This document shows positions 1-12,430 of a stretch of DNA of 64,000 bases, in pieces. The notes below the pieces were generated by a model. The model ran no database searches. It saw nothing but the letters and a program-made list of their open reading frames with translations, and had not been told where the DNA came from. The position numbers and the translations under genes were made by a program. The stretch is from Patescibacteria group bacterium (lineage in GTDB: Bacteria > Patescibacteriota > Patescibacteriia > 2-12-FULL-57-11), in NCBI GenBank assembly GCA_004297205.1, contig SCUL01000001.1, positions 29,862-93,861 on the forward strand. The letters are read 5' to 3'. The first letter of the stretch is position 1; each line of letters starts with the position of its first letter.

Positions 1-171
1 CATGGCCACGAAGGCCAGATCCCAGGCCAGCCGCGCCTCGAGTCCCTCGCGCTTCAGGGTGCGGGACAGGAGCGCCGTTGCAGCGACGATGCCGAGCGCC
101 ACGAACGAGCCCCATACCTGGATGGGGATGGGGCCGAGCGGAATCACGTGCAGTTCAAAATACGGAATCAT
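1..171 (-). CDS. lgt: Prolipoprotein diacylglyceryl transferase Lgt, N-terminal fragment (gene continues beyond window start)
   Basis: Minus-strand ATG at 171..169 translates to MIPYFELHVIPLGPIPIQVWGSFVALGIVAATALLSRTLKREGLEARLAWDLAFVAM. This is the Lgt-like N-terminal pattern (GP..I..WG...LG, then a basic stretch). The ATG overlaps the ubiB stop in an ATGA arrangement. Confidence 0.5.
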   Translation of the reverse strand, partial: MIPYFELHVIPLGPIPIQVWGSFVALGIVAATALLSRTLKREGLEARLAWDLAFVAM

Positions 172-1853
172 GCCGGTTTATGGCGTGCTTGCAGGAAGAC
201 GCCGAGCAGCATCACGGCGGCGGCGAGCAAGCCCATCTTGCCGAAGACGCTCCCCCACGGCAAGACGCCGGGCGAGGCCAGAACGAGCGCCGAGGCCACG
301 AGGATGGCGGCCGCCACGATCGCCAGGATGCGCAGATCGTTCTCGCGGTCGAACTCCTCCATCAGCACCTTCAGTTCGTCGAGATCGAGCCGCACCGAGA
401 AGTTCCCCTCTTCCATGCGCTTCAGAAGGGCCGAGGTACGCTCCGGGATCAACGGCAGCTTGCGGACGAACTCCAGAGCCTCCTCCCGTGTTTCCGGCAG
501 CCAGCTGCGCGGGTCAAGGCGCGCCATGGTCAACTGGTCGAACAACGGCGCCATGGACGCATCCAGGTTGATCTTCGGATCAAGCTTCTGCAGCACGGTC
601 TCGATGGTCAGGAGCGCTTTGGCGAACAGCACGAGGTCCGTCGGGAACCGCACGCCGTGGCGGCCGCCGGAGACGATGATCTTGTAGTAAGCGTGCGGCA
701 ATCCCTTGTGCGACGACGGCCGGTAGACCACGGCGTCGACGTGCTTGCGCACTTCCGCGCTGAAACCGACGACGTCGGCCTCCGGCGCAAGCGTCGACAT
801 GTCGAGCACGTGCTTCACGAAGGCCTCCATGTCGCGGCGCAGGTAGGCCTGGAAGGCGGAAACAAGCTCGTAACGCAGCGCCGAAGGCAGATAGCCCATG
901 ATGCCGAAATCGTAGAGCACGATGCCCCCGCCCGGCGCGACGAGCAGGTTGCCCGGATGCGGGTCGCCGTGAAAGAAGCCGGTGACGAAGAACTGGTGCA
1001 GGAAGGCTTCCATGACGAAGGCGGCAGTCTCCTTACGGTTGACCTTTGTGCTGCGCAGCCGCTTCAGCTGTCCGAGGCGGATGCCGGAGACCTCGTCGAG
1101 CGCGAGGAGTCCCGGCCGCGTGTAGTCCCAGTGGACGGCCGGCACGTGCATGCGCGGCTCCTCGGCGAAGTCCGCGCGGAAACGTTCGACGTGCCCGGCT
1201 TCGACGGTGAAATCCAGCTCGCGCAGCGTCCATTCGGAAAAAGTGCGGACGATGTCCACCGGCTGGTAGTTGCGCGCGGCCGGCAGGGCGCGTTCCAGCA
1301 GGCGCGCCAGGAGCGCCAGGAGATGCAAGTCACGCGTCACCTCGGCGCGGATGCCGGGCCGCTGCACTTTCAAGACGATGTGCTTGCCGTCATGGGTCAC
1401 GGCGCGGTGCACCTGCGCCATGGACGCCGAAGCGATCGGGCGGGGCGACACGGATCGGAAAAACGTCTTCACGCCGCCGCCCAGCTGTTCTTCGAGCGCG
1501 GCCAGCACGTCCGCGTACGGCACCGGCGCGGCGCGCTCCTGCAATTTGGCGAATTCCGCGGCCGCATCCTCCCCCACCACGTCCGGCCGCAGCGCCAGCA
1601 TCTGTCCGAATTTCACGAAGGTCGGCCCGAGCTGTTCGCAGGCTTTGCGGAAACGCACCTCGACCGACACGGCCGGACCGGCCTGCGCCGCACGCAGACC
1701 GCAGACCAGCCGCCGCGGCAGCGGCACCAGTCTGCACAGGTTGATGTCCTGGAGCTGGCGCTCAAAACCCGCTTCAAAAAGAACACTGACAATTTCTCGC
1801 AGGCGCTGCGCGTCGTCGATGCCGCGGCGCAGATTGTATGCCTCCTTTTTCAC
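168..1853 (-). CDS. ubiB: UbiB/ABC1 (AarF) family atypical protein kinase, C-terminal TM helices
   Basis: Contains FVKFGQMLALRPDVV, ASASMAQVHRA, VLKVQRPGI and HGDPHPGNLLV, the ABC1/UbiB kinase signature blocks. GTG start with upstream AGGAGG. Confidence 0.85.
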   Translation of the reverse strand: MKKEAYNLRRGIDDAQRLREIVSVLFEAGFERQLQDINLCRLVPLPRRLVCGLRAAQAGPAVSVEVRFRKACEQLGPTFVKFGQMLALRPDVVGEDAAAEFAKLQERAAPVPYADVLAALEEQLGGGVKTFFRSVSPRPIASASMAQVHRAVTHDGKHIVLKVQRPGIRAEVTRDLHLLALLARLLERALPAARNYQPVDIVRTFSEWTLRELDFTVEAGHVERFRADFAEEPRMHVPAVHWDYTRPGLLALDEVSGIRLGQLKRLRSTKVNRKETAAFVMEAFLHQFFVTGFFHGDPHPGNLLVAPGGGIVLYDFGIMGYLPSALRYELVSAFQAYLRRDMEAFVKHVLDMSTLAPEADVVGFSAEVRKHVDAVVYRPSSHKGLPHAYYKIIVSGGRHGVRFPTDLVLFAKALLTIETVLQKLDPKINLDASMAPLFDQLTMARLDPRSWLPETREEALEFVRKLPLIPERTSALLKRMEEGNFSVRLDLDELKVLMEEFDRENDLRILAIVAAAILVASALVLASPGVLPWGSVFGKMGLLAAAVMLLGVFLQARHKPA

Positions 1854-1876
1854 ATCCTCCCAGATGAGAGCGGCGG

Positions 1877-2464
1877 TTATGTCCGCTTCGGCGCACGCCA
1901 GACGGCGCGGGCGGGCAGGTCGTCGCTGCCGTAGCTGATCTCCAATTTCCCCCCTTTACGGCTCTCATTTAGTTTTTTCCCGATCCGGACGGCGAGATGG
2001 TTCTGCGTCGTCAGGACGCGGATCTCGGCGCCGCGCATGTCCACCGACAGCACGCGCGTTTCCGAATTGCGCTGGCGCTCACGGGCCGCGTAAGCGGCGA
2101 TCGTCTGAAGCACCAACGGCCGGTCGTCCGCCGCCAATCCTTTGATGACGAGTACCCCTTCGGCGGCGGTCACGCCACGGGTGCGCTCGCTGGCGCAGGC
2201 CGGGCAGGTCGCGCCACGGGCGATGCGCACGAGCTTCTTTTCGAGCGTCGCAGGAACGAACAACCAGTGCCCCTTCAGGAAGTAGGCGCCGCAAGCCGAA
2301 CACCGCACCGCACCGCGCTTTTTGACTTCCTTTTCCCACCACTGCGGCGTGTGCTGCTCGATCAGCCGTTTGCGCGCCTTCATGGAACGCGCAGTGACGC
2401 CGCGTCCGGTGGAACGCGCCGTCTTCGTCTTGATCCGTTTGTTGGAGTTGGGTCCGGTGCGCAT
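1877..2464 (-). CDS. Hypothetical basic protein with CxxC...CxxC zinc-ribbon
   Basis: ATG at 2464. Has CSACGAYF ... CPACASER cysteine pairs and a Lys/Arg-rich N-terminus. No family recognised. Confidence 0.5.
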   Translation of the reverse strand: MRTGPNSNKRIKTKTARSTGRGVTARSMKARKRLIEQHTPQWWEKEVKKRGAVRCSACGAYFLKGHWLFVPATLEKKLVRIARGATCPACASERTRGVTAAEGVLVIKGLAADDRPLVLQTIAAYAARERQRNSETRVLSVDMRGAEIRVLTTQNHLAVRIGKKLNESRKGGKLEISYGSDDLPARAVWRAPKRT

Positions 2465-2467
2465 AGT

Positions 2468-3916
2468 TCAGCCGAACAGACGCGGCTCCGTCGTTCCCAT
2501 CGGGTGGGTATCTTGATAGAGGCCGGCGGCCGCCAACAGCGTTCCTTCGGACAACGCCGGACCGATCAGCTGGAGACCGACCGGCAAGCCGTGCGCGAGT
2601 CCGCACGGCACGGACACGGCCGGCAGCCCGGCGATGTTCACGGACACGGTGTAGACGTCGGACAGGTACATGGTCAGCGGATCGCTGAACTTCTCCCCCA
2701 GCGGCCAGGCCACCGTCGGCGACGTCGGGGTCAGCAGCAGATCGACCTGGCCGAAGGCGCTGTCGAAGTCGGTACGCACCAGCGTGCGCACCTGCTGGGC
2801 GCGGCGGTAGTAGGCGTCGTAGTAGCCGGCCGATAACGCGTAGGTGCCCACCAGAATGCGGCGACGGACCTCCGGACCGAACAGCGCGCCGCGCGTGGCG
2901 GCGTAGGTGGCGTGCAGGTCGGCGGCACGGACGCGTTCGCCGTAGCGGATGCCGTCGTACCGCGCCATGTTGGACGAGACTTCCGCGGGAACGATGACGT
3001 AATACGCGGCCAGCGCGTGGGATGAGGCGGGCAGCGAGACTTCGCGCACCTTCGCTCCCATCCCTTCAAAGGCCTTGATGGCTTCACGTACGCGCGCTTC
3101 CACTTCTGCATCCATGCCCTCGGCGAAAAACTCCTGCGGCACGCCCACGGTCAGCCCTTCCAGCGAGGCGCGCGAGCTCCAGGCAAAGGCCTCACCGGCC
3201 AACGTCGTGGCGTCCTTGGGGTCGGCGCCGGAGATGATGGAAAACAAGATGGCGGCGTCCTCCGGCGTGCGCGTCAGCGTGCCGATTTGGTCCAAAGAGC
3301 TCGCCATGGCCATCAGACCGTGACGCGAGACGCGGCCGTAGGTCGGCTTCAGGCCGACGATGCCGGTCAGCGCGGCGGGTTGGCGGATGGAGCCGCCGGT
3401 GTCCGAACCGAGCGCGGCCGGCACCATGCCGGCGGCAACGGCCGCGGCCGAACCGCCGGAGGAACCGCCCGGCACGCGTTCCCTGTCCCACGGGTTGCGC
3501 GTCGCGCCGAAGGCCGAATTTTCCGTGGACGATCCCATGGCGAACTCGTCCATGTTGGTGCGCCCGACGATGATGGCGCCGGCCGAACGCAGACGCTCCA
3601 CGGCCGTGGCCGTGTAGGCGCTGCGGTACGTGGCGAGCATGCGCGAACCGGCGGAGGCGGCGTGGCCTTCGTCGACGAGGTTGTCCTTGATGGCGATGGG
3701 AATACCGGCCAGCGGCCCGAGCCCGCCGCCCGCGGCGCGCGCGGCATCGCAAATCTCGGCGGCGTGCACGGCCTCCTGTTCGTACACCTCAACGAAGGCA
3801 TGCACCGCCGGTTCGTGCCGGGCGATGCGCGCCAAGGTGTCCTTCATGGCTTCGGCGGCCGAGAGGCTCTTGCCGCGCAGGGCTTCCTGGAGTTCCGCAA
3901 CGGTCATGGCCGCCAT
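2468..3916 (-). CDS. gatA: Glutamyl-tRNA(Gln) amidotransferase subunit A (amidase signature family)
   Basis: True start is MAAMTVAELQEAL. Amidase signature GGSSGGSAAAVAAG and IAIKDN present. The first 40 aa of the ORF are a spurious Arg-rich extension. Confidence 0.9.
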   Translation of the reverse strand: MAAMTVAELQEALRGKSLSAAEAMKDTLARIARHEPAVHAFVEVYEQEAVHAAEICDAARAAGGGLGPLAGIPIAIKDNLVDEGHAASAGSRMLATYRSAYTATAVERLRSAGAIIVGRTNMDEFAMGSSTENSAFGATRNPWDRERVPGGSSGGSAAAVAAGMVPAALGSDTGGSIRQPAALTGIVGLKPTYGRVSRHGLMAMASSLDQIGTLTRTPEDAAILFSIISGADPKDATTLAGEAFAWSSRASLEGLTVGVPQEFFAEGMDAEVEARVREAIKAFEGMGAKVREVSLPASSHALAAYYVIVPAEVSSNMARYDGIRYGERVRAADLHATYAATRGALFGPEVRRRILVGTYALSAGYYDAYYRRAQQVRTLVRTDFDSAFGQVDLLLTPTSPTVAWPLGEKFSDPLTMYLSDVYTVSVNIAGLPAVSVPCGLAHGLPVGLQLIGPALSEGTLLAAAGLYQDTHPMGTTEPRLFG

Positions 3917-3917
3917 A

Positions 3918-4223
3918 TCAGCCCTGTTTATGTCCGAGCGCGGCTTGCGCTTTGACGTAGTCGCCACTTTTCTCCGGCGCGGCCTCAAGCAACGCCTGCC
4001 GCGTTTCCGCGTCGCCGGCATCCGGAATGTCCTCACGCAACCGCTGGCCGAGCTCGACGCCGCGGAACGTCGGGTCCACGCCGGTCACGTCGATCTTCTG
4101 CAAAGAAGCGACATAACCGATGATGGCGCCGACCTGCTCCTGCATGGTTTCGCGCTCCCCCGCCGGTACGTCCAAACGCGCCAGTTTTGCCAGATGATCC
4201 AGTTCTTCCGAAGTGAGCTTCAT
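3918..4223 (-). CDS. gatC: Asp/Glu-tRNA amidotransferase subunit C
   Basis: MKLTSEELDHLAKLARL... is a GatC-like N-terminus. Sits immediately upstream of gatA, separated by 1 nt. Confidence 0.85.
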   Translation of the reverse strand: MKLTSEELDHLAKLARLDVPAGERETMQEQVGAIIGYVASLQKIDVTGVDPTFRGVELGQRLREDIPDAGDAETRQALLEAAPEKSGDYVKAQAALGHKQG

Positions 4224-4249
4224 ATCGCCAAAGTATATCACGCCGCCCC

Positions 4250-7111
<2,862 letters not shown>

Positions 7112-7122
<11 letters not shown>

Positions 7123-7699
7123 ACAGGCGGCTGGCGACGGTAGTCTGGACGCGGACGGACGCGGCCGAGGCGCCGCTGCCGGAGCGCAAGGCGAGCACGA
7201 CGGTCACCGACGGCTGCGGCACGACCGAGCCGGGCGGCGAGACGAACGGGTCGGTGATCGGATTGACGACGACCATGAACTGCTCGACGACCGCGCCTTC
7301 CGGAGTCAGCGAGGCCGTTTCCCCGTTTTCCTCGACGAGCAGGCAGGGGCTCGATCCCGTCGGACAGCCGCTCTCCGACCGGCGGAAGGAAAACGTGCCG
7401 CCGCCGGACGCCGACAGGAACAGCCGCGTGTCGGTCAACCCGAGCGGGCCGCCTTCGGCCGGATCGGCGTACCGGGCATAGTCGATGCTCCCCCGCCGGA
7501 CGCCGCGGGCCATCTGTTCGACGGCCACGCGCGCCGTCGCCGCCAGCTCCTCGCGGCCCAGCACCTTGCGCTCGGCGCGGTTGGCGATCAGGAACATGTC
7601 GGTCACGGCGACCATGGCCGTGGAAAAAATCGCCACGACCACCAGCACCTCCATCAAGGTAAAGCCGGCACGACCCTTTTGTTCCTTACCTCCAGTCAT
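7112..7699 (-). CDS. Type IV pseudopilin (prepilin-type N-terminal cleavage/methylation domain)
   Basis: MTGGKEQKGRAG|FTLMEVLVVVAIF: leader ends in Gly, mature residue F1, Glu at +5. Confidence 0.75.
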
Positions 7700-8309
7700 A
7701 TAATTCGCCTTGCATTTCCAAACGATGGCCGCGGCCGGACACGGTCCAGGTGACGAGGACGCGCACGTCGGTGCCTACTTCGACCTGGCCGCCCGGACAG
7801 GCCGTGCCGTCGACCGAGGCGATCGTCGCCGCGTCGCCCTCCACCATGCAGATCGGCCGCAGCGTCAGCAGGCGGCGGAACGGCGACTCCACGGCGCCGG
7901 CCGGCGGCGCGCCGTCGTACTGGCGCAGCGAGCCGTCGGGGTCCTCGTAGACCACGGCGTCGGCGTCGCTGATCCCGGCGGCCGTAAAGTCGATCCGCCA
8001 ATCTTTTTCCGGCATGAAAAACGGCACGCCGGTGCGGTCGCCGCCGGGACCGACCAGCGCCGTGTTCCAGGGAACGGCGGCCAGCCAGTTGCCGTCGCGG
8101 ATGACGCGGGACGCCTCCATGGCTTCGCGGGCCAGACCGGTGGCCACGACGCGCGTCTGGCTTTCGTTGGAGGCGTTGAGCGAACTCGAGACGAGCGACA
8201 GCGTCCCGGCAATGCCGGACACGATGATGCCGAGCGCGATGATCATCTCCAGCATGCCTTGGCCGCGCGGAGGGAGGGGGTCGCGTGTCGCGTGTCGGAA
8301 ACGCGTCAT
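7686..8309 (-). CDS. Type IV pseudopilin, PilV-like (non-canonical +1 residue)
   Basis: ...PPRG|QGMLEMIIALGIIVSG has Glu at +5 relative to a Gly cleavage site, followed by a hydrophobic helix. Confidence 0.6.
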   Translation of the reverse strand: MTRFRHATRDPLPPRGQGMLEMIIALGIIVSGIAGTLSLVSSSLNASNESQTRVVATGLAREAMEASRVIRDGNWLAAVPWNTALVGPGGDRTGVPFFMPEKDWRIDFTAAGISDADAVVYEDPDGSLRQYDGAPPAGAVESPFRRLLTLRPICMVEGDAATIASVDGTACPGGQVEVGTDVRVLVTWTVSGRGHRLEMQGELYDWR

Positions 8310-8911
8310 AGCGGCTGGTCTTCGATCCGCCGGCTGATGCGGTTGTAGCGCACCTCGCGCCGGGTGTTATTCAGCAGCTGTTCGAGCGTCACGGAAAACT
8401 CCTGCGCAGCCTGCGCGCCGTTGATCCAGACGTCCGGCCGCGGCGGCACGAACACCATGTCTCCCCCGCCGGCCGAGACGCGCACCCCGCCGGAGGCCGA
8501 AAACTTCTCCGTCAACAGCACTTCGCCCGCGTTCATGATGCGGTTGGCGTCGAGATCGGCGAACAACATCGCGTCCAACTCGCCCGTACCGACGTGGATG
8601 CCGTAGCCGCCGCGCGGGACGGTGTCGGACGGTGTTCCGCCGCCCGGACAGGTGCGCTCCGCCGTGCAGACCGGACCCGTCGGATCCCCGCTCAGGCACA
8701 GACAAACGGTGACGCCGGACGAGGCGCGGGATTCGGCGTCACGGATGAGCGAGGCGAAGGTCTGGGCGCCGAGGCGCAGCTCGTCGCTGCGCTCGCCGAC
8801 GCGGAAGTTGACCATGACGAGCGCCGACATCACGGCGAAGATGCTCATGGAGACAAGCAGCTCGATGAGGGTGAACCCTTCGACGTGGTTCAGGGCAGGC
8901 CCGCGCTTCAT
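8306..8911 (-). CDS. Type IV pseudopilin
   Basis: MKRGPALNHVEG|FTLIELLVSMSIFAVM is a classic prepilin motif. ATGA overlap with the pilD stop. Confidence 0.75.
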   Translation of the reverse strand: MKRGPALNHVEGFTLIELLVSMSIFAVMSALVMVNFRVGERSDELRLGAQTFASLIRDAESRASSGVTVCLCLSGDPTGPVCTAERTCPGGGTPSDTVPRGGYGIHVGTGELDAMLFADLDANRIMNAGEVLLTEKFSASGGVRVSAGGGDMVFVPPRPDVWINGAQAAQEFSVTLEQLLNNTRREVRYNRISRRIEDQPL

Positions 8912-9699
8912 AGCACGCCGTACAAATACCAATCGAGCATGGCCCGGCCCCAGAACAGCACGACGACGGTGGCCGCGCTCAGGAAGGTCCCGAACGGAAT
9001 CTGGCTGCCGACGGTCTTCCGCTTCGATGCCAGCAGGACCGCGCCGACCGCGCCGCCGGAGAGGTAGGCAATGAAGAGCGCCACCAGCACCAACGGCCAG
9101 CCCAGGAGCACGCCCATCAGCGCGCCGAGCCGGATGTCGCCGCCGCCGATCCACTTCCCGCCGGAAATGACGTACTGCAGCAGGAAGAAACCGCCGCCCA
9201 CCGCCGCGCCGATCAGCAGCATCGGCAACGGCACGCCGAGCGCCAGATTCCAAAGCAGGAACACGGCGATCGCCGGCAACGTGACCTGGTCCAGGATATA
9301 GCCGAACCATAGGTCGTACAGGAAGATCTGCACGAGGACCACGATGGCCGCCCAGTCGCGCAACAACGGCAGCACCCAGTCCGGCGCCAGGAACGCCTCG
9401 ACGCCGCCGAATGCCGCGGGACCCAGCCGGATCACGGCGGCAAGCGCAAACAGCGCCGCCGTCGCCAGCTCCAACAACGGATAGCTCGCGCCGATCACGC
9501 CGCGGCAGTATCTGCACTTTCCGTCGAGCACAAGGTACGACAAGACCGGGACCAGGTCCCAGACGGCGAGCGGGTGGCGGCACTTCGGGCAGTGGGAACG
9601 TCCTGTCGCCCACCGCTCCCCCTTCGCCTGCCGCGAAATCAAGGCCGTAAGGACGCTGCCGAAGACCAGTCCGAGCAGCGCCGCAAGCGCGACGATCAT
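8908..9699 (-). CDS. pilD: Prepilin peptidase (A24 family)
   Basis: N-terminal CPKCRHPL...CRYC zinc-binding tetracysteine, polytopic membrane protein with GGGDI/KL motifs. Confidence 0.85.
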   Translation of the reverse strand: MIVALAALLGLVFGSVLTALISRQAKGERWATGRSHCPKCRHPLAVWDLVPVLSYLVLDGKCRYCRGVIGASYPLLELATAALFALAAVIRLGPAAFGGVEAFLAPDWVLPLLRDWAAIVVLVQIFLYDLWFGYILDQVTLPAIAVFLLWNLALGVPLPMLLIGAAVGGGFFLLQYVISGGKWIGGGDIRLGALMGVLLGWPLVLVALFIAYLSGGAVGAVLLASKRKTVGSQIPFGTFLSAATVVVLFWGRAMLDWYLYGVL

Positions 9700-9747
9700 G
9701 CCGACAGTATACCAAAAGCGCCCCGGTTGTGCCGGGACGCTCGCGTT

Positions 9748-10245
9748 TCAGTCGCAGCTGATGCCGTCCGGCGCGGACGTGCACTGGATGATCCCGTCGC
9801 CGCTGGTGTCCGCGAACTCGGCCGCCGGGCGTTCCAGGCGGAAGGTGATGCGGTAGGCGGCGCAGGGCGCGGCGCAGGTGTAACGGTAGACCCGGCCGGT
9901 CGCGGCGTCGTTCTGCGGGTCGCGGGGTACCTGGCCCATGTAGACCTGCTCCCCCGCCGCGGCCGCGGCGCGGAAGCCGGTGCCGTCGAGGACGCGGGAA
10001 GCGGCTTCGCCGAGCACCAGGTCCTGGGCCGGATAGGCGCTGGCGCCGGCGTAATGCAGCTCCAGCGCGTTGCCGATCTGCTTGAGGTCGGCGAGCCGCT
10101 TGGCATCGCGCGACTTGAGCCGGGCGTCGTTGAGCGCCGCGACGCCGATCGTCGCCAGCAGGCCGATGATGGCGATGACGACGAGCAGCTCGATCAGGGT
10201 GAACCCTCCGACGTGGCTCAGGACGGGCCCTTTCGTGTGTCGCAT
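9748..10245 (-). CDS. Type IVa pilin (major pilin candidate 2)
   Basis: MRHTKGPVLSHVGG|FTLIELLVVIAIIGLLATI... with a C-terminal Cys pair (C..C...DGISCD). Confidence 0.8.
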   Translation of the reverse strand: MRHTKGPVLSHVGGFTLIELLVVIAIIGLLATIGVAALNDARLKSRDAKRLADLKQIGNALELHYAGASAYPAQDLVLGEAASRVLDGTGFRAAAAAGEQVYMGQVPRDPQNDAATGRVYRYTCAAPCAAYRITFRLERPAAEFADTSGDGIIQCTSAPDGISCD

Positions 10246-10290
10246 AGGTAACGCGAAAGCCACCCCGTCTCGGCGGGGTGGCTGCGCGGC

Positions 10291-10758
10291 TTACGTGCAG
10301 GCGATGCCGTCCTGCGTGGCGGTGCAGGTGATGTTCCCGTCGCCGCTCGTGTCGGTGTACTGGCCGGTCGGGCCTTCCAGGCTGAAGCCGAGCGTGTAGC
10401 TCGTCACCGAATTGCGCGTGTAGGTGTAATTGATCGTCGGCGACTGCGGGTCCCTCGGCATGAGACCCATGTAGACCGGTTCGGTCGCCGCGGCGCCGAA
10501 GCCGTCGCCGTCGAGCCGCGTCAGCCCTGCGGCAGTACCGATCACGGAACCCGCTGCCGCGTCCGGATACTGCTGGTTGTCCGAGTAGTAGAGTTCGAGC
10601 GCGGTCTGGATCTGTTTGACGTCCGAGACGCGCTTGGCGTCGCGCGACTTCTCACGGGCGCTGTTGAGGGCGACGACGGCGAGGGTCGAGAGCAAACCGA
10701 TGATGGCGATGACCACCAGGAGCTCGATCAGGGTGAAGCCTTTGTGCGACTGTTTCAT
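10291..10758 (-). CDS. Type IVa pilin (major pilin candidate 1)
   Basis: MKQSHKG|FTLIELLVVIAIIGLLSTL... with a C-terminal Cys pair (NITCTATQDGIACT). ATG at 10758. The upstream part of the 357-aa ORF is spurious. Confidence 0.8.
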   Translation of the reverse strand: MKQSHKGFTLIELLVVIAIIGLLSTLAVVALNSAREKSRDAKRVSDVKQIQTALELYYSDNQQYPDAAAGSVIGTAAGLTRLDGDGFGAAATEPVYMGLMPRDPQSPTINYTYTRNSVTSYTLGFSLEGPTGQYTDTSGDGNITCTATQDGIACT

Positions 10759-10820
10759 AATGCCTCCTTCGAAAATGACGTGTGGATAAATGTTCGAACC
10801 TATTATAGCACTTTCCCGTC

Positions 10821-12026
10821 CTAGAAGCTGTTGGCGATGTTGTACATGGGCAGAATCACGGCCGCGACCATGGTGCCGACGGCGACGCCCATGATGACCA
10901 TGATCAGCGGCTCGATCAGCGTCACCAGGTTGCCGACCATGTTGTCGATCTCGCGGTTGTAGAAGGCGGCCAAACGGCGCAGCACTTCCCTGATCTTCCC
11001 GGTGTCTTCTCCCACGGCGAGCATCTGCACCAGCATCACCGGCACCGCCTTGTTCCCGCTCATGACCGTGACGATGGAGTTGCCGTCCTCGACTTCCTTC
11101 TGGGTGCGCAACAGGATGTCGCGGTAGGTGGCGTTGCCGACCACGTTCGAGGCGATGCCGAGCGCCGTCACTTCGTCCACACCGCCGGCCAGGAGCGTGT
11201 CCATGCTGCGGGCGAAACGCACCAGCGCGATGCGCTTGAACAACCCACCGAAGATCGGCATGCGGATCTTCATGGCATCCCACACGGCGCGGCCGAGCGG
11301 CTGGCGGATGGCGAACTGCAGGCCGACGATGGCGCCGACCACGAGGATGATCACCAACCACCACCAGTGCTGGAAGAACGACGAGACGCCGATCAGGATG
11401 CGCGTCGAGAGCGGCAGTTGGGCGCCGGTTTCGGCCAGCACGTCGGTCAGTTTGGGCAGCACCCAGGTCACCATGACGAAGCCGACGATGCTCAGGCCCG
11501 TCACGATGAAGGCCGGATACATCATGGCGCCGCGGATTTTCGCGGTCAGGTCGTAGTCCTTCTCCTCCTGGTCGGCCAGATATTCCAGCACGTCGGCGAG
11601 ACGGCCGCTGGTTTCGCCGGAGCGGATCATGTTGACCATGAAGTCCGAGAAGGCATGGTGCTGCGCCATGGCGTCGGACAGCTTGGCGCCGGCTTCCACT
11701 TCGTCGGCCACGCTCTCCAGAACCTTCTGCAGCTGGCTGTTGGTGGTCTGGTTGATCAGCGCGCGCAGCGACTGCACCAGCGGCACGTTGGCAGAGACGA
11801 GCACGGAAAGCTGCCGCGCGAAGATGACGATGTCGCGCCGGCTGATGCGCTTCAGCCGCGCCAGCAAGGATTCCACCGTGGCCACGCGGATGTGCTCGGT
11901 GATCTGGACGTCCAAAAGACCCCGGTCCGTCAGAGTCGAGGCGGCGAATTCAGGAGTGTCCGCGTTGACGACGCCGCGGACCTCCTTGCCGCTGCGGTTG
12001 CGTGCGACGTAGTCGTACAGCGGCAT
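10821..12026 (-). CDS. pilC: Type IV pilus inner-membrane platform protein (GspF/PilC family)
   Basis: Two T2SS-F domains and about 400 aa. Conserved position downstream of pilB. Confidence 0.9.
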   Translation of the reverse strand: MPLYDYVARNRSGKEVRGVVNADTPEFAASTLTDRGLLDVQITEHIRVATVESLLARLKRISRRDIVIFARQLSVLVSANVPLVQSLRALINQTTNSQLQKVLESVADEVEAGAKLSDAMAQHHAFSDFMVNMIRSGETSGRLADVLEYLADQEEKDYDLTAKIRGAMMYPAFIVTGLSIVGFVMVTWVLPKLTDVLAETGAQLPLSTRILIGVSSFFQHWWWLVIILVVGAIVGLQFAIRQPLGRAVWDAMKIRMPIFGGLFKRIALVRFARSMDTLLAGGVDEVTALGIASNVVGNATYRDILLRTQKEVEDGNSIVTVMSGNKAVPVMLVQMLAVGEDTGKIREVLRRLAAFYNREIDNMVGNLVTLIEPLIMVIMGVAVGTMVAAVILPMYNIANSF

Positions 12027-12031
12027 GCTGC

Positions 12032-12421
12032 TCAGGAGACGTGCGCCAGGATTTTGCGCACTTTGGCGACGGTGTCGGCGGGAACGAAATGGGCCTTGAT
12101 GAGGTAATCCACGGCACCGCCCTTGAGGCCGCGCTGGACGTCCTCCTTCTGGCCGAGGTTGGTCAGGATGACGACCGGAATGTGCTTGGTCGCGGCGTCC
12201 TTCTTGAGTTCGTCGAGCACTTCGAAGCCGTCCATCTTCGGCATCAGGACGTCCAGGAGGATGATGTCCGGCAGCTCCTTGCGCGCCACCTTGAGTCCGG
12301 CCAGGCCGTCGCCGGCCGAGAGCACGTCAAAGCCCTCCAGGGAGAACTTGGTGGTGTAGATGCCGGCCAGGAAAGCGTCGTCTTCGACGATCAGCACCCG
12401 AAATTTTTTCTTTGCGGCCAT
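12032..12421 (-). CDS. Stand-alone response-regulator receiver domain (CheY-like)
   Basis: RVLIVEDD...ILLDVLMPKMDGFEVL...VVILTNLG..K: receiver fold with the phospho-acceptor Asp in LLDV. No output domain. Confidence 0.85.
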   Translation of the reverse strand: MAAKKKFRVLIVEDDAFLAGIYTTKFSLEGFDVLSAGDGLAGLKVARKELPDIILLDVLMPKMDGFEVLDELKKDAATKHIPVVILTNLGQKEDVQRGLKGGAVDYLIKAHFVPADTVAKVRKILAHVS

Positions 12422-12430
12422 AGAAACGGG

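Noticed and set aside
78-1934. 618-aa plus-strand ORF and several other long Arg/Gly/Ala/His-rich ORFs antisense to real genes (e.g. 4550..6613, 12002..14707, 14903..16336, 17313..19655, 20362..21341, 22667..24040, 26709..29063, 30131..31888, 33144..34289, 36126..37298, 60899..63520)
   Set aside because: These are high-GC artefacts. They show low-complexity R/G/A/H/D-rich composition and lack stop codons on the antisense strand of confidently identified genes. No conserved motifs were found.
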